From an uncultured Acidobacteriota bacterium (lineage in GTDB: Bacteria; Acidobacteriota; Terriglobia; Acidiferrales; UBA7541), in assembly GCA_963784385.1 (NCBI GenBank), contig CAWARF010000004.1:292412-356411 (forward strand): a stretch of DNA of 64,000 nucleotides, written 5' to 3'. The notes below the pieces were generated by a model. It did no database searches. It had not been told where the DNA came from and worked only from the letters and a program-made list of their open reading frames with translations. The position numbers and the translations under genes were made by a program. Every line of letters starts with the position of its first letter. Position 1 is the stretch's first letter. Positions 38,994 to 47,019 of the stretch are shown one piece after another.

Positions 38994-39932
38994 TTATTGT
39001 TGAGAGCGTGTCCGTTGGGGTCCGCCAGATCTCGGCAATGAACTACTTGCCTGGTGACGCACCTTGGCGTCCTGCGGTGTACGAACGGGTGCGACCGGCA
39101 GGATCGCGCGGACTGTCGTGCCCACCCCGGGCGCGCTCTCAAGTTCGAACGTTCCGTTCAACAATGTGACGCGTTCACGCATCCCGGCAATTCCCACTCC
39201 CGGCAGTGCGTCGTCATTCATGATCGAGCCATGCGGCGCGATCCCGCAACCTTCATCCCGCACCTCGATCCGGATTCGCCCACCCTCGATCGCCACGCAC
39301 ACCCTCGCGGTGCGGCTCCCGGAGTAGCGATGCACGTTGGTAAGCGCCTCTTGGACGATGCGGAACAGTGCTGTTTCGACGTCTTGAGACAACCGACCGA
39401 AGGTCTCCGGGATGTCGACCACCACTTGAATGCCGCTGCGCTCGGAGAATCCGCGGGCATACCATCGCAATGCAGGGCCCAACCCGGTTTCGTCCAGAAG
39501 CGGAGGATGCATCAGGTAAGCAATCGAGCGCACTTCTCGGATCGCGTCTTCGGCCAGTTTGACCGAAGATTGCAAAAGTTCCAGGGCTCGCTCGTTGTCC
39601 GGCGGAAGGGATTTTCTCAGGTTCCCAAGCGTCATCTTCAGGGCAGCTAGACTTTGCCCAGCTGATTCGTGCAGGTCGCGCGCCATTTGCCGGCGCTCGT
39701 GGTCTCGCTCATCGAGCGACCGCTGCGAAAGGCGGCGCAGTTTATGCTCCGCCAGAGCGAGAGAGGCTTCGCTCCTCCGTAGCCTCTCCTCGACCTTCCT
39801 TCGCTCGGTGATGTCCGGGGATGTCCCCAATATCCGTCGCACGCACCCTCTCTTGTCCCTTTCGGCAACCGTGTGCGACTGCAGCACGTAAACGTGTTGC
39901 CGTTCCGTGAGCGGTGGGGACGGGGCATCCAA
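38994..39932 (-). CDS. histidine kinase core (HisKA_3 + HATPase_c) lacking a sensor domain; N-terminally truncated orphan
   Basis: It begins with the tail of a PAS domain (ILGTSPDITERRKVEE). H-box MARDLHESAGQSLAAL. N and G boxes (EALTNVHRYS, DEGCGI, GVGIAGMRERV). No partner regulator is adjacent. Confidence 0.75.
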   Translation of the reverse strand: MDAPSPPLTERQHVYVLQSHTVAERDKRGCVRRILGTSPDITERRKVEERLRRSEASLALAEHKLRRLSQRSLDERDHERRQMARDLHESAGQSLAALKMTLGNLRKSLPPDNERALELLQSSVKLAEDAIREVRSIAYLMHPPLLDETGLGPALRWYARGFSERSGIQVVVDIPETFGRLSQDVETALFRIVQEALTNVHRYSGSRTARVCVAIEGGRIRIEVRDEGCGIAPHGSIMNDDALPGVGIAGMRERVTLLNGTFELESAPGVGTTVRAILPVAPVRTPQDAKVRHQASSSLPRSGGPQRTRSQQ

Positions 39933-40170
39933 CAGAACCGAGCCTTAGTACGCTCTCCGAACCCGATGCGTCAATTCGCATTAATACCTACGTAGCTGTT
40001 ACGCCAGCGAGGGCAAGTCGATGGCGGCCCCGTAGAGGGCTCAGCATCGTGGACGGGACTACGACGTATGCGGAGACGATACGCCCAGAAGTCCGCATCG
40101 AGGAGGCGTGGCCGAAAGCAGCTCGACGGACTGGCTGTAGGATCGGCGTCAGTCCGGCTGAGCCGAACGG

Positions 40171-40683
40171 CTATTTCGTTTCCTCGGCCGTGATCTTGAT
40201 GTTGAACCCGTTAAGGAAGTGGGCCTCTTTCTCTGACACTTCAATAGGTAGGCCCGTAAAGTTCTGCAACATGCCAGCAATATCGCGATAGTCCTTCTTA
40301 TCGGCTTGGATCGCAACTACCTTGCCTTCTTTTGTGTCGATCGAAAAATAGTGCTGGTGATGGGGCATCAGGCCGACGATTAGACCAACGCCGAGCGAGA
40401 GCACCCCCGTGACAATCCCAGCGACCCAATGGTGGTACGCATTTTCTCCGTATCGAATTGCGGCGATGTCCGAAGCAGGAACCTTAACGGTCTGGATCGG
40501 CATGCACTTCGGACAATTGAGGACTATGTCCTGTCCCGATATGCCGAGAGAATTATGCCAGTCCTTCGGCTCGGACTTCGTCACTCCGGGAGCAGCGATG
40601 ACGATGAGTTTGTCTGCGCTCTGTGGATACGCAGGCAAAACCATCACGGAAAGTGCTACCGAAATAATCAGCAGTCGCTTCAT
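40171..40683 (-). CDS. hypothetical secreted/membrane protein
   Basis: Signal peptide MKRLLIISVALSVMVLPAYPQ and one internal TM segment (WVAGIVTGVLSLGVGLIVGLM). Confidence 0.5.
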   Translation of the reverse strand: MKRLLIISVALSVMVLPAYPQSADKLIVIAAPGVTKSEPKDWHNSLGISGQDIVLNCPKCMPIQTVKVPASDIAAIRYGENAYHHWVAGIVTGVLSLGVGLIVGLMPHHQHYFSIDTKEGKVVAIQADKKDYRDIAGMLQNFTGLPIEVSEKEAHFLNGFNIKITAEETK

Positions 40684-40988
40684 CGCGTAGCCTTTCCTTT
40701 ATTTGCCCGGGACTGCTTTTGTGAATCACCACCTTCGTGAAATCGAATGTGACCGGTCGCCAGCAAAGTTTCGGTCTGCCAACCATCTAAGCCATCTAGC
40801 AAACGTCTTATCACGTCGTGGCTAGACGCGCGGCAGGTAACAGCGGCATCGAAAATCCCGCCGAGGGTCAAAACATCGAGCAGAAGAATTCCCTTACTCT
40901 CTGCACTTTCGCTGATAACCGGGCGTGCAAGCGAGACAGGTCGTGTTGTTCCTTCCATCCGGCGCAATAGGATCACGTCGGTTTTCAT
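40680..40988 (-). CDS. hypothetical protein
   Basis: ORF with an ATGA overlap to the downstream gene. No motif recognised. Confidence 0.3.
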   Translation of the reverse strand: MKTDVILLRRMEGTTRPVSLARPVISESAESKGILLLDVLTLGGIFDAAVTCRASSHDVIRRLLDGLDGWQTETLLATGHIRFHEGGDSQKQSRANKGKATR

Positions 40989-40993
40989 GGACG

Positions 40994-41364
40994 CTATCTC
41001 TGCGGGACGATCTGGCCCGGTTCGGTCGCAACGATTTCAGGGATTCCGCGATACCATCGAAATCTTACCCGTGACACACACATTTGCTTCGCTATACTTC
41101 GACTCGGGGGTTCCAAACTTCGGACGGTTCTCCCCCAGATCACAATCGTGAATATCTCGTTGGGTAGGGCTCATCGAGATTCAAGAAGGTCGGCTCTCCC
41201 TTGCTTCGAGACGCGTAGCGTGTGCTGACTACCTTCCCGCAAACAGCCTCTACTTCGCCAACGTGACCTTTCGCCTGCCGGGCTGTTATCCTCTCAGTTT
41301 GCGCGACGGTTGACAGCCCAAACAACAGAACGGCGGCAAGAAATCTGAGGCTCACTAAAGTCAT
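40994..41364 (-). pseudogene. small secreted protein gene (family unknown) broken by at least two frameshifts
   Basis: Frame 1: signal peptide ...GKVVSTRYASRSKGEPTFLNLDEPYP. Other frames continue as IFTIVIWG, then ENRPKFGTPESKYSEANVCVTGKISM, then YRGIPEIVATEPGQIVPQR-stop. Confidence 0.45.
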
Positions 41365-41406
41365 CCCTTTCGGTCAATCGGCTTTTACTATACGAGCATA
41401 CCTAAT

Positions 41407-42021
41407 TCAATAGGTAATAGGGGTGAAACGACGGCGCGGAGGATAGCACATTAGATTCGACAGCCTCGGAGTTCTCGTCTTTGAGGTCGCACCGAAGCGT
41501 GGTACCGGTAACGGCAACCTTGCGAATTGAGGCGGTTGGAGTGTGACTGCCATACGCCTCCCGGATAAATCCTCGCACCCAGCCCGGAAGGAGTACGCGG
41601 CGTCCTCAATTTTCTTAAGGTGACGGCGCAGGGTGCGGGGCTCAAACGCGGAGTCAAACGACACTTGGCCTGGCACAGCCCACATCGGCTCCCAATCTCT
41701 CAGCCATTGAGAAGCGCCCGGACGAGGATCGGACTCTTGCGCGCCGATGCCTTCGGCCCGCTTTCGCAGCGCGACGAAAGATTCCTGAATGTAAGAACTG
41801 CCTAAATCGAAAGCGCCACAATCGTCAGCCGTGAATGACACTCGAATGCTCAGCGAAAGCGCGGCATCGTAAGCCTCTCGCATTTGCGCAGCACATTCGT
41901 CGAGAACTTGGGTGCTATTCGCGGTGCGACCCACTTCTGCGAACCTTGCTGCGACGCTCAGAAACTGAAACGCGAGTATCTTTCGCTGATCCGCTCCGAG
42001 TTTGAGTGTCGTTAGCCTCAT
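41407..42021 (-). CDS. hypothetical protein X (204 aa)
   Basis: ORF downstream of the promoter-like element in repeat U. An internal segment (WEPMW...RRHLKKIEDAAYSF) has a partial paralog at 44103-44208. Confidence 0.5.
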   Translation of the reverse strand: MRLTTLKLGADQRKILAFQFLSVAARFAEVGRTANSTQVLDECAAQMREAYDAALSLSIRVSFTADDCGAFDLGSSYIQESFVALRKRAEGIGAQESDPRPGASQWLRDWEPMWAVPGQVSFDSAFEPRTLRRHLKKIEDAAYSFRAGCEDLSGRRMAVTLQPPQFARLPLPVPRFGATSKTRTPRLSNLMCYPPRRRFTPITY

Positions 42022-42111
42022 CAGCCCGTCACCGGTTCCGCCACTTGCTAGAAGGCGATCGAATCGGCGCGAGCGACCCGATTAGATCGAGAGAAAAGAG
42101 GCGGCGCTGCC

Positions 42112-42260
42112 GAAGGGACACAACCCCGCCATCCTCGAGCAAAGGCTGAGCGGCTGGGCGGAGCCGCTCGGGGTCTCTGGTTGGAACTTAGCCGTTCAAG
42201 GAAGGCAGCCTTATAGCTGTTATCGGCCACTTCGTCAATCCGCAGTGATACCTAAACTGA
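42112..42260 (-). repeat. inverted repeat U (left arm)
   Basis: Its reverse complement aligns with 45413-45578. The inner 30 nt (42231-42260) differ from 45413-45442 at 1 position. The shared stem is GAGCGGC-8nt-GCCGCTC. Confidence 0.8.
42210..42238 (-). promoter_or_regulatory. sigma-70-like promoter within repeat U, firing toward gene X
   Basis: On the minus strand: TTGACG, 17 nt spacer, TATAAG. Confidence 0.45.
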
Positions 42261-42316
42261 TTACGGAAGTGGGGAGGGAATTTGCGGAAACTGCCAATAA
42301 GGTCCGTAAGAACCGC

Positions 42317-42796
42317 CTAATCTCCGTCAGGGATGTAGTTATTCACAACGATGAATGCCGCTTGGGCGGGATTGTTGATTTTGTATGCACTTGGGCCTGA
42401 CAGCGAGCCGACATACATCTTCGCGGGGAAGCCCTTCAGGAGTTTACGTGCGATCCGAGCGTCCCCAAGGTGTTTGAGCCCATATTGCTTTGGGATCGTG
42501 ACACTGGCCCTCTTTCGCACGCAAGCGCGAATACGGCTGTGAAGCATGGTGTAACACTTCTCGCAGAGACCCATCGCACAGTACAACTCCTTTTCGTCAC
42601 ACCTCAGGCATCCATGGTCGGCGAAGTAGTCGCGCATCTTGAACCTGTGCTCTGGAGGCAGCAGACGATAGATGGCGTATGTGATTTTGGCGGGCAAGAA
42701 CCATGGGTGAAAGAACAGAGAGTCCTGTGCGGATCGTCGGCCTATGCCATGATTTCGTATTTTCCGGCTGCGTTGATCTTCTTCTGCGTTCCCCAT
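42317..42796 (-). CDS. hypothetical Cys-rich (zinc-ribbon-like) protein co-transcribed with the integrase
   Basis: It starts 4 nt after the integrase stop. Contains CLRCDEKELYCAMGLCEKC (CxxC...CxxC). Confidence 0.5.
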   Translation of the reverse strand: MGNAEEDQRSRKIRNHGIGRRSAQDSLFFHPWFLPAKITYAIYRLLPPEHRFKMRDYFADHGCLRCDEKELYCAMGLCEKCYTMLHSRIRACVRKRASVTIPKQYGLKHLGDARIARKLLKGFPAKMYVGSLSGPSAYKINNPAQAAFIVVNNYIPDGD

Positions 42797-42799
42797 AGA

Positions 42800-43843
42800 T
42801 CAGGCCTCCCTCGGATGATATTTCTGTATGGTTTTCGCCATCATCGTTGTGCTGACGTGCGTGTAGGTCGCCGTTGATTCGAGCCTTGCGTGGCCCAGTA
42901 GTTGCTGGATGACCCTAACGTCCGCGCCACGGTTCAACAGGTGAGTAGCAAAACTATGTCGAAGGATGTGTGGGTGTACGTGTTGTTTCAAACCTGCGCG
43001 GCTTCCCAAAATTTTCATGAATCGACCGGCTGCAGTTTGCGAAAACGGTTTTGTTCGTTCGGGGCGATCGAGTCGCACGCCTTTCAGCACTGTGCGGAAT
43101 TTTGCCTTCACTTCCGCGTCCGACATTCCGCCGACGCGACCCAATAGCACCTGCTCTTGTTTTGAATTCTGCTTCCCGTAATCTCTCCAGATGCCGACCC
43201 AGTTGCCTCCGTCCTTGTAGAAAGCACCTTTTTGAATCGGATAGTCCGCTTGAAAAACATACCCCCTTTGACGTCGTTGTACGTAGTCACGAAGAGCATG
43301 CCCAGCACGACGCCCGAACGGAACGACACGAATGCCGCTCTTGCCCTTAACGCGCGCGATTCTGGCGGCGAAATCAACATCTTCGATCTTCAGGGTCCGC
43401 ATTTCGCCCGGTCGGCAGCCAGTTCCATAACAAAATTCTACATAAGCTCGATCCCGCCGCGACTTACATGCTCGGATTAGTCGAAGAACATCAGTCTCGC
43501 TCAGAACATCTGGCGGTTTTCGCCGTGCATTACGAATCCTGACCAGCCGGGGCGGCACGTAGCCAACCATCCCGCCAAGATTCAAGAAGTCATAAAACGT
43601 GCGCAGGGATGTCAGGTAGTCGTTTGCGTACGCTAACGTGACCCCTTTCTCCGCAAGCTGGGCAATGAACCTTCGGACATCCATATGAGTCGCGTCCGTG
43701 AGAAGTTTGCCGTTAAGCGATTCGATGAAAAGCTGGATCGTTCGCCTACGCCTGGTCACAGTGCCCGGCGCATATTGTTGAATGAGCATCCAGCGGTCGT
43801 ACCTCTTTGCCAAGCGTTGATTGATAGCATCGTGGGGGCGCAT
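42800..43843 (-). CDS. tyrosine site-specific recombinase/integrase (XerC/D-like)
   Basis: N-terminal SAM-like domain (MDVRRFIAQLAEKGVTLAYANDYLTSLRTFYDF). Catalytic residues in context: GCRPGEM (R), HILRHSFATHLL (HxxR), LLGH, TATYTHV (Y). Confidence 0.9.
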   Translation of the reverse strand: MRPHDAINQRLAKRYDRWMLIQQYAPGTVTRRRRTIQLFIESLNGKLLTDATHMDVRRFIAQLAEKGVTLAYANDYLTSLRTFYDFLNLGGMVGYVPPRLVRIRNARRKPPDVLSETDVLRLIRACKSRRDRAYVEFCYGTGCRPGEMRTLKIEDVDFAARIARVKGKSGIRVVPFGRRAGHALRDYVQRRQRGYVFQADYPIQKGAFYKDGGNWVGIWRDYGKQNSKQEQVLLGRVGGMSDAEVKAKFRTVLKGVRLDRPERTKPFSQTAAGRFMKILGSRAGLKQHVHPHILRHSFATHLLNRGADVRVIQQLLGHARLESTATYTHVSTTMMAKTIQKYHPREA

Positions 43844-43900
43844 GGGTCTGGAGTGAATACAGAAAGCTAGAACAAGTCAAGCGTGGAATTTCCCGACCTA

Positions 43901-44085
43901 CCAAGGTGGGCGAACCTTCCGAACCGCAGACGGAGGACGTTATCGCGTGGGACTCGGGCAAGGATGCCAAGGTGCGCGGGCAGTTCCGTCGGCTGCTAGG
44001 CAGAACGAGTGAGAGAATCAGCGCATCCTTGTGTTCGTGACGCAGAAGCGCCCGCGCAGAGACGCCGACACGGGTTCTGACACTC
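43901..44085 (+). pseudogene. third, 5'-truncated copy of the XRE gene 3' end, abutting the integrase start
   Basis: It reads ...PNLPNRRRRTLSRGTRARMPRCAGSSVGC in one frame and EDVIAWDSGKDAKVRGQFRRLLGRTSERISASLCS-stop in the homologous frame. At nucleotide level it aligns with 16150-16350. Confidence 0.6.
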
Positions 44086-44533
44086 CGCAATCGCCCAGAG
44101 TATGGGAGCCGACATGGCCGGATCTAGCGCCGGACACGCCATCGTCCGGCGCTGCCTTTCAAACCCACGCGGTACGCCGTCATCTCAGGAAAATCGAGGA
44201 CGCCGCCTGCTCTGGTTCACCTCTCCGGGGTACGAAAGACACCCTCTCGGTGAGCCAATCTTTCTGAGACCGGCTTCGTCGACGTGATCGACCGGAAGGA
44301 CTTCCCGCTCCTTGCATCCTGAAAGGGAATTCTGGATTTGCCAAAGGTTCCGAATCGGAACGTTCGCACGCTCCTTTTGGCGTTCATCACAAGTAACTCC
44401 GCTCCTCTGAATGTGTTGGCGATCAGCATTCGATGGCCCCTTCCATGCAACGCGCCAGTTGCCGAGCGTCATGTCGCCCGGATCGCTGTAAGAAGCCGGG
44501 TCACTGTCCGCGACGGCCTTTCGATCTCACCCG

Positions 44534-44558
44534 TCGAATCGGATTCGGCCTTTTTTTT
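44534..44558 (+). terminator. possible rho-independent terminator
   Basis: CGAATCGGATTCG palindrome and GGCC, followed by a T8 run (44551-44558). The stem is short. Confidence 0.3.
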
Positions 44559-44603
44559 CGAAGAGGCCTACTTGCACGCGTTGTTCAGCCGGAGGCTTGA
44601 TTT

Positions 44604-45302
44604 ATGTCATTCCCGCGAACGAAGTCTACACCGCGAACTTGGTTGATACTGACCACTCATGGCCTTGCCGCGTGGTTGCTAATCTCTTTGATGGGATGCG
44701 CCTATACGGGACCTACGGGGCCGCCCAACATTCCACCCCAAGAGCCCAATGTGGTCTCGCTCGATCCGTCAAATTGGTACATCTTCCACAGCGCCGGTAT
44801 GCCGGCCCACCCTTCCGCCGATCCCGAAGGGGCGTGGTCGTTCGATTTCCCGAGTTCGGAGGCTGGAGGATATCTGGGCTACGTTGAGACGCCATTTAAC
44901 GCGACGATACCCCTTCACAACGTAACCATAACCTTCCGGGTGGAGAACAATGCTGCGCAATATGTAGTCTACGACCCCACGGACCATCCGCCGGCGACGT
45001 TCCGGCTGCTTATTGAGCAGCAGAACGACAACCTCAGCGACCTGAACGGCCGCTGGTGGGCGCCGGCCAGCATGTATGACCTCGGCTCGCAAGATAATCA
45101 AACGTTGACGATCAGCGTGCCGCTCACATCCGACCAGTGGACCAATGTGGACGGCCAGCACGACGCGCAGGCATTTGCCCAAGCCCTCCAAAACGTCGGA
45201 TGGGTGGGATTGACATTCGGCGGGCAGTACTTCGCCGGGCACGGCGTTGCGATCAGCAGCGGTAGCGCGAAATTCATCCTGATCGATTACAGCATCGATT
45301 GA
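44604..45302 (+). CDS. lipoprotein of unknown function (beta-sandwich-like)
   Basis: Lipobox LISLMGC after a positively charged N-terminus. No catalytic motif recognised. Confidence 0.6.
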   Translation: MSFPRTKSTPRTWLILTTHGLAAWLLISLMGCAYTGPTGPPNIPPQEPNVVSLDPSNWYIFHSAGMPAHPSADPEGAWSFDFPSSEAGGYLGYVETPFNATIPLHNVTITFRVENNAAQYVVYDPTDHPPATFRLLIEQQNDNLSDLNGRWWAPASMYDLGSQDNQTLTISVPLTSDQWTNVDGQHDAQAFAQALQNVGWVGLTFGGQYFAGHGVAISSGSAKFILIDYSID

Positions 45303-45412
45303 CTTTCGAGTTTAGGCGTGCCTTTCTCGATGGCCGCGTGTTACATGCGACATGGACCGCTACCAACTCGTATCAGGAGTTTCCGCACACTGCCGTTCAT
45401 CGCTTTCCTACA

Positions 45413-45578
45413 TCAGTCTAGGTATCACTGCGGATTGACGAAATTGTTCACGACCCGATATAAAAACGCCTCTCTTGGACGGCGCCAGATGTTCCGGCCG
45501 CCCCCGGAGCGGCCATGCCTAGCCGCTCAGCCGCCGTTCGAGAATCGCGGGGTTGCCTTGAGGGAGACAACCCCGCCT
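45413..45578 (+). repeat. inverted repeat U' (right arm)
   Basis: See 42112-42260. Stems: GAGCGGC-8nt-GCCGCTC and GCGGGGTTG-12nt-CAACCCCGC. Confidence 0.8.
45435..45464 (+). promoter_or_regulatory. sigma-70-like promoter within repeat U', firing rightward
   Basis: TTGACG, 18 nt spacer, TATAAA. Confidence 0.4.
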
Positions 45579-45688
45579 GCCACCGACTGCTTTGAACGGC
45601 CCTCGAAATCCACGGATTGATGCAGGCACTCCCCGGACATGCTGTAATCTCACAGCCCGATTGAACGGTGGATTGCGCCTTATTCCCG

Positions 45689-45907
45689 CTAAGGATCGTG
45701 CTTGGCGTTCGCTTTCCGTGTTTGATTCTCGTCTATCGCGGAAATTGCTTTTTGCAGGAATGCCCGTGCCTCAAGTACGGCGAATCCGACGCCGTGCTCG
45801 CCGAAGCCACTTACCGTTCGGTCGAAATCGTTCCGAAGCTCTATCATGCGGTCGCGCAAGGTCATAACGGCACGACGCAAATCCGGCTGGCTACGTGGAG
45901 CCGCCAT
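45689..45907 (-). CDS. hypothetical small protein (72 aa)
   Basis: ORF with helical, charged composition. It is convergent with the U' promoter. No motif recognised. Confidence 0.25.
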   Translation of the reverse strand: MAAPRSQPDLRRAVMTLRDRMIELRNDFDRTVSGFGEHGVGFAVLEARAFLQKAISAIDENQTRKANAKHDP

Positions 45908-46358
45908 AATCCACCCCGTCGCTTCCGCTTCCAGTGTTAGCAGGACGGATGCTTGACGAGGAAAGATTAGCTGCGTGTCCGGAATGTGCCCATGGCACGA
46001 TCCTCATAGCGAATTAGTACGAAGGTTCGCCGCACCTTCGATCTATGCTAACAGGTACGATTGTCCTAGGGTGAATCCGGCACTATTTCTAGAGTTCTAG
46101 GGTCGAACATCCTACTCGATTCGCGCACCTGAATCGGTACTGTTACGTGTGCCGGGAATTTCAGTATTCTCCAGCGTTGACAGTTATCTGATTAATATAT
46201 AGCGTCGTCTCGATTCTGTGGGGGCGTTTTCGGTCCGACCGCACCAGATCACACATCGTCTGGCCGAAAGTTCAGGATGCTTGAGGAAGGGTCTCCTCGG
46301 CCCCCGCTAAGCAGAACATGAATTGAAGTGTCTTCTCACCCAGCCAGGAGGCACTACC

Positions 46359-46970
46359 ATGTCTATCGTAAGAGTTGCGCACGCCTCTCAATCGGTCTTG
46401 CAGTTCTCTCCGGTCCGAGAGAACCCAACTCTTCCGACCCGCTCTCAGGTTTCGACACCGCAGGACTCTGACACAAGGATGTTTATAACCCCGGAGGAAA
46501 AGGTTCAGATCCTGGATGAACACATCTATGAGTTGCGGAATCTCGTTGCGGAGCTGATTGACCAAGATGCATACCCTGATGAGGACATGCGCGATTATGT
46601 CGCGGAACTTCGGTATTCCCGCGAAAAGCGAGACGAAATTATCCACCTCATGCGGGAGCTCTCCCGATTGCAGATTACCGGACACCCGCCGTGTGACTAC
46701 GAGGAGTGGATACCTTGGGCTTATGAACAAATGCGTCCGCGTGCCCCGCAGGGGATTCCGGAACCGGAATATGACTGGAGCGACCGGCTGCGCTGGGCAC
46801 AAAGCAAGAGGACTCTCGTACGGATTGCCCCAGCCGCTCCGAAGGCCGCACACGCCCCAACCGTCGCGAGCGGGAGCAAACCGCCACGAAAATCTCCAAC
46901 ACGATTCTGGTCGTTGAAAATCGCTCTTCGACGATTTTGGGTTGCCATCAGCGTCACCCGTAGCCGCTGA
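46359..46970 (+). CDS. hypothetical protein
   Basis: AGGAGG lies 7 nt upstream of ATG 46359. Acidic helical core (EEKVQILDEHIYELRNLVAELIDQDAYPDEDMRDYVAELRYS). Confidence 0.55.
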   Translation: MSIVRVAHASQSVLQFSPVRENPTLPTRSQVSTPQDSDTRMFITPEEKVQILDEHIYELRNLVAELIDQDAYPDEDMRDYVAELRYSREKRDEIIHLMRELSRLQITGHPPCDYEEWIPWAYEQMRPRAPQGIPEPEYDWSDRLRWAQSKRTLVRIAPAAPKAAHAPTVASGSKPPRKSPTRFWSLKIALRRFWVAISVTRSR

Positions 46971-47019
46971 ACACATCGTCTTTGATCGACCGCTTAGATT
47001 CCTGCGCAACGGTGCGTCG

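Noticed and set aside
42048-42230. 60-aa minus-strand ORF inside repeat U, and its counterpart ORF 45318..45620 in U'
   Set aside because: The two repeat arms differ by indels that do not preserve a reading frame, while the stems are conserved. A non-coding promoter/leader interpretation fits better.
46272-47009. 245-aa minus-strand ORF
   Set aside because: It overlaps 46359..46970 on the opposite strand. The plus-strand gene has an AGGAGG RBS and protein-like composition, whereas the minus-strand product is Arg/Ser/Gly/Pro-rich.
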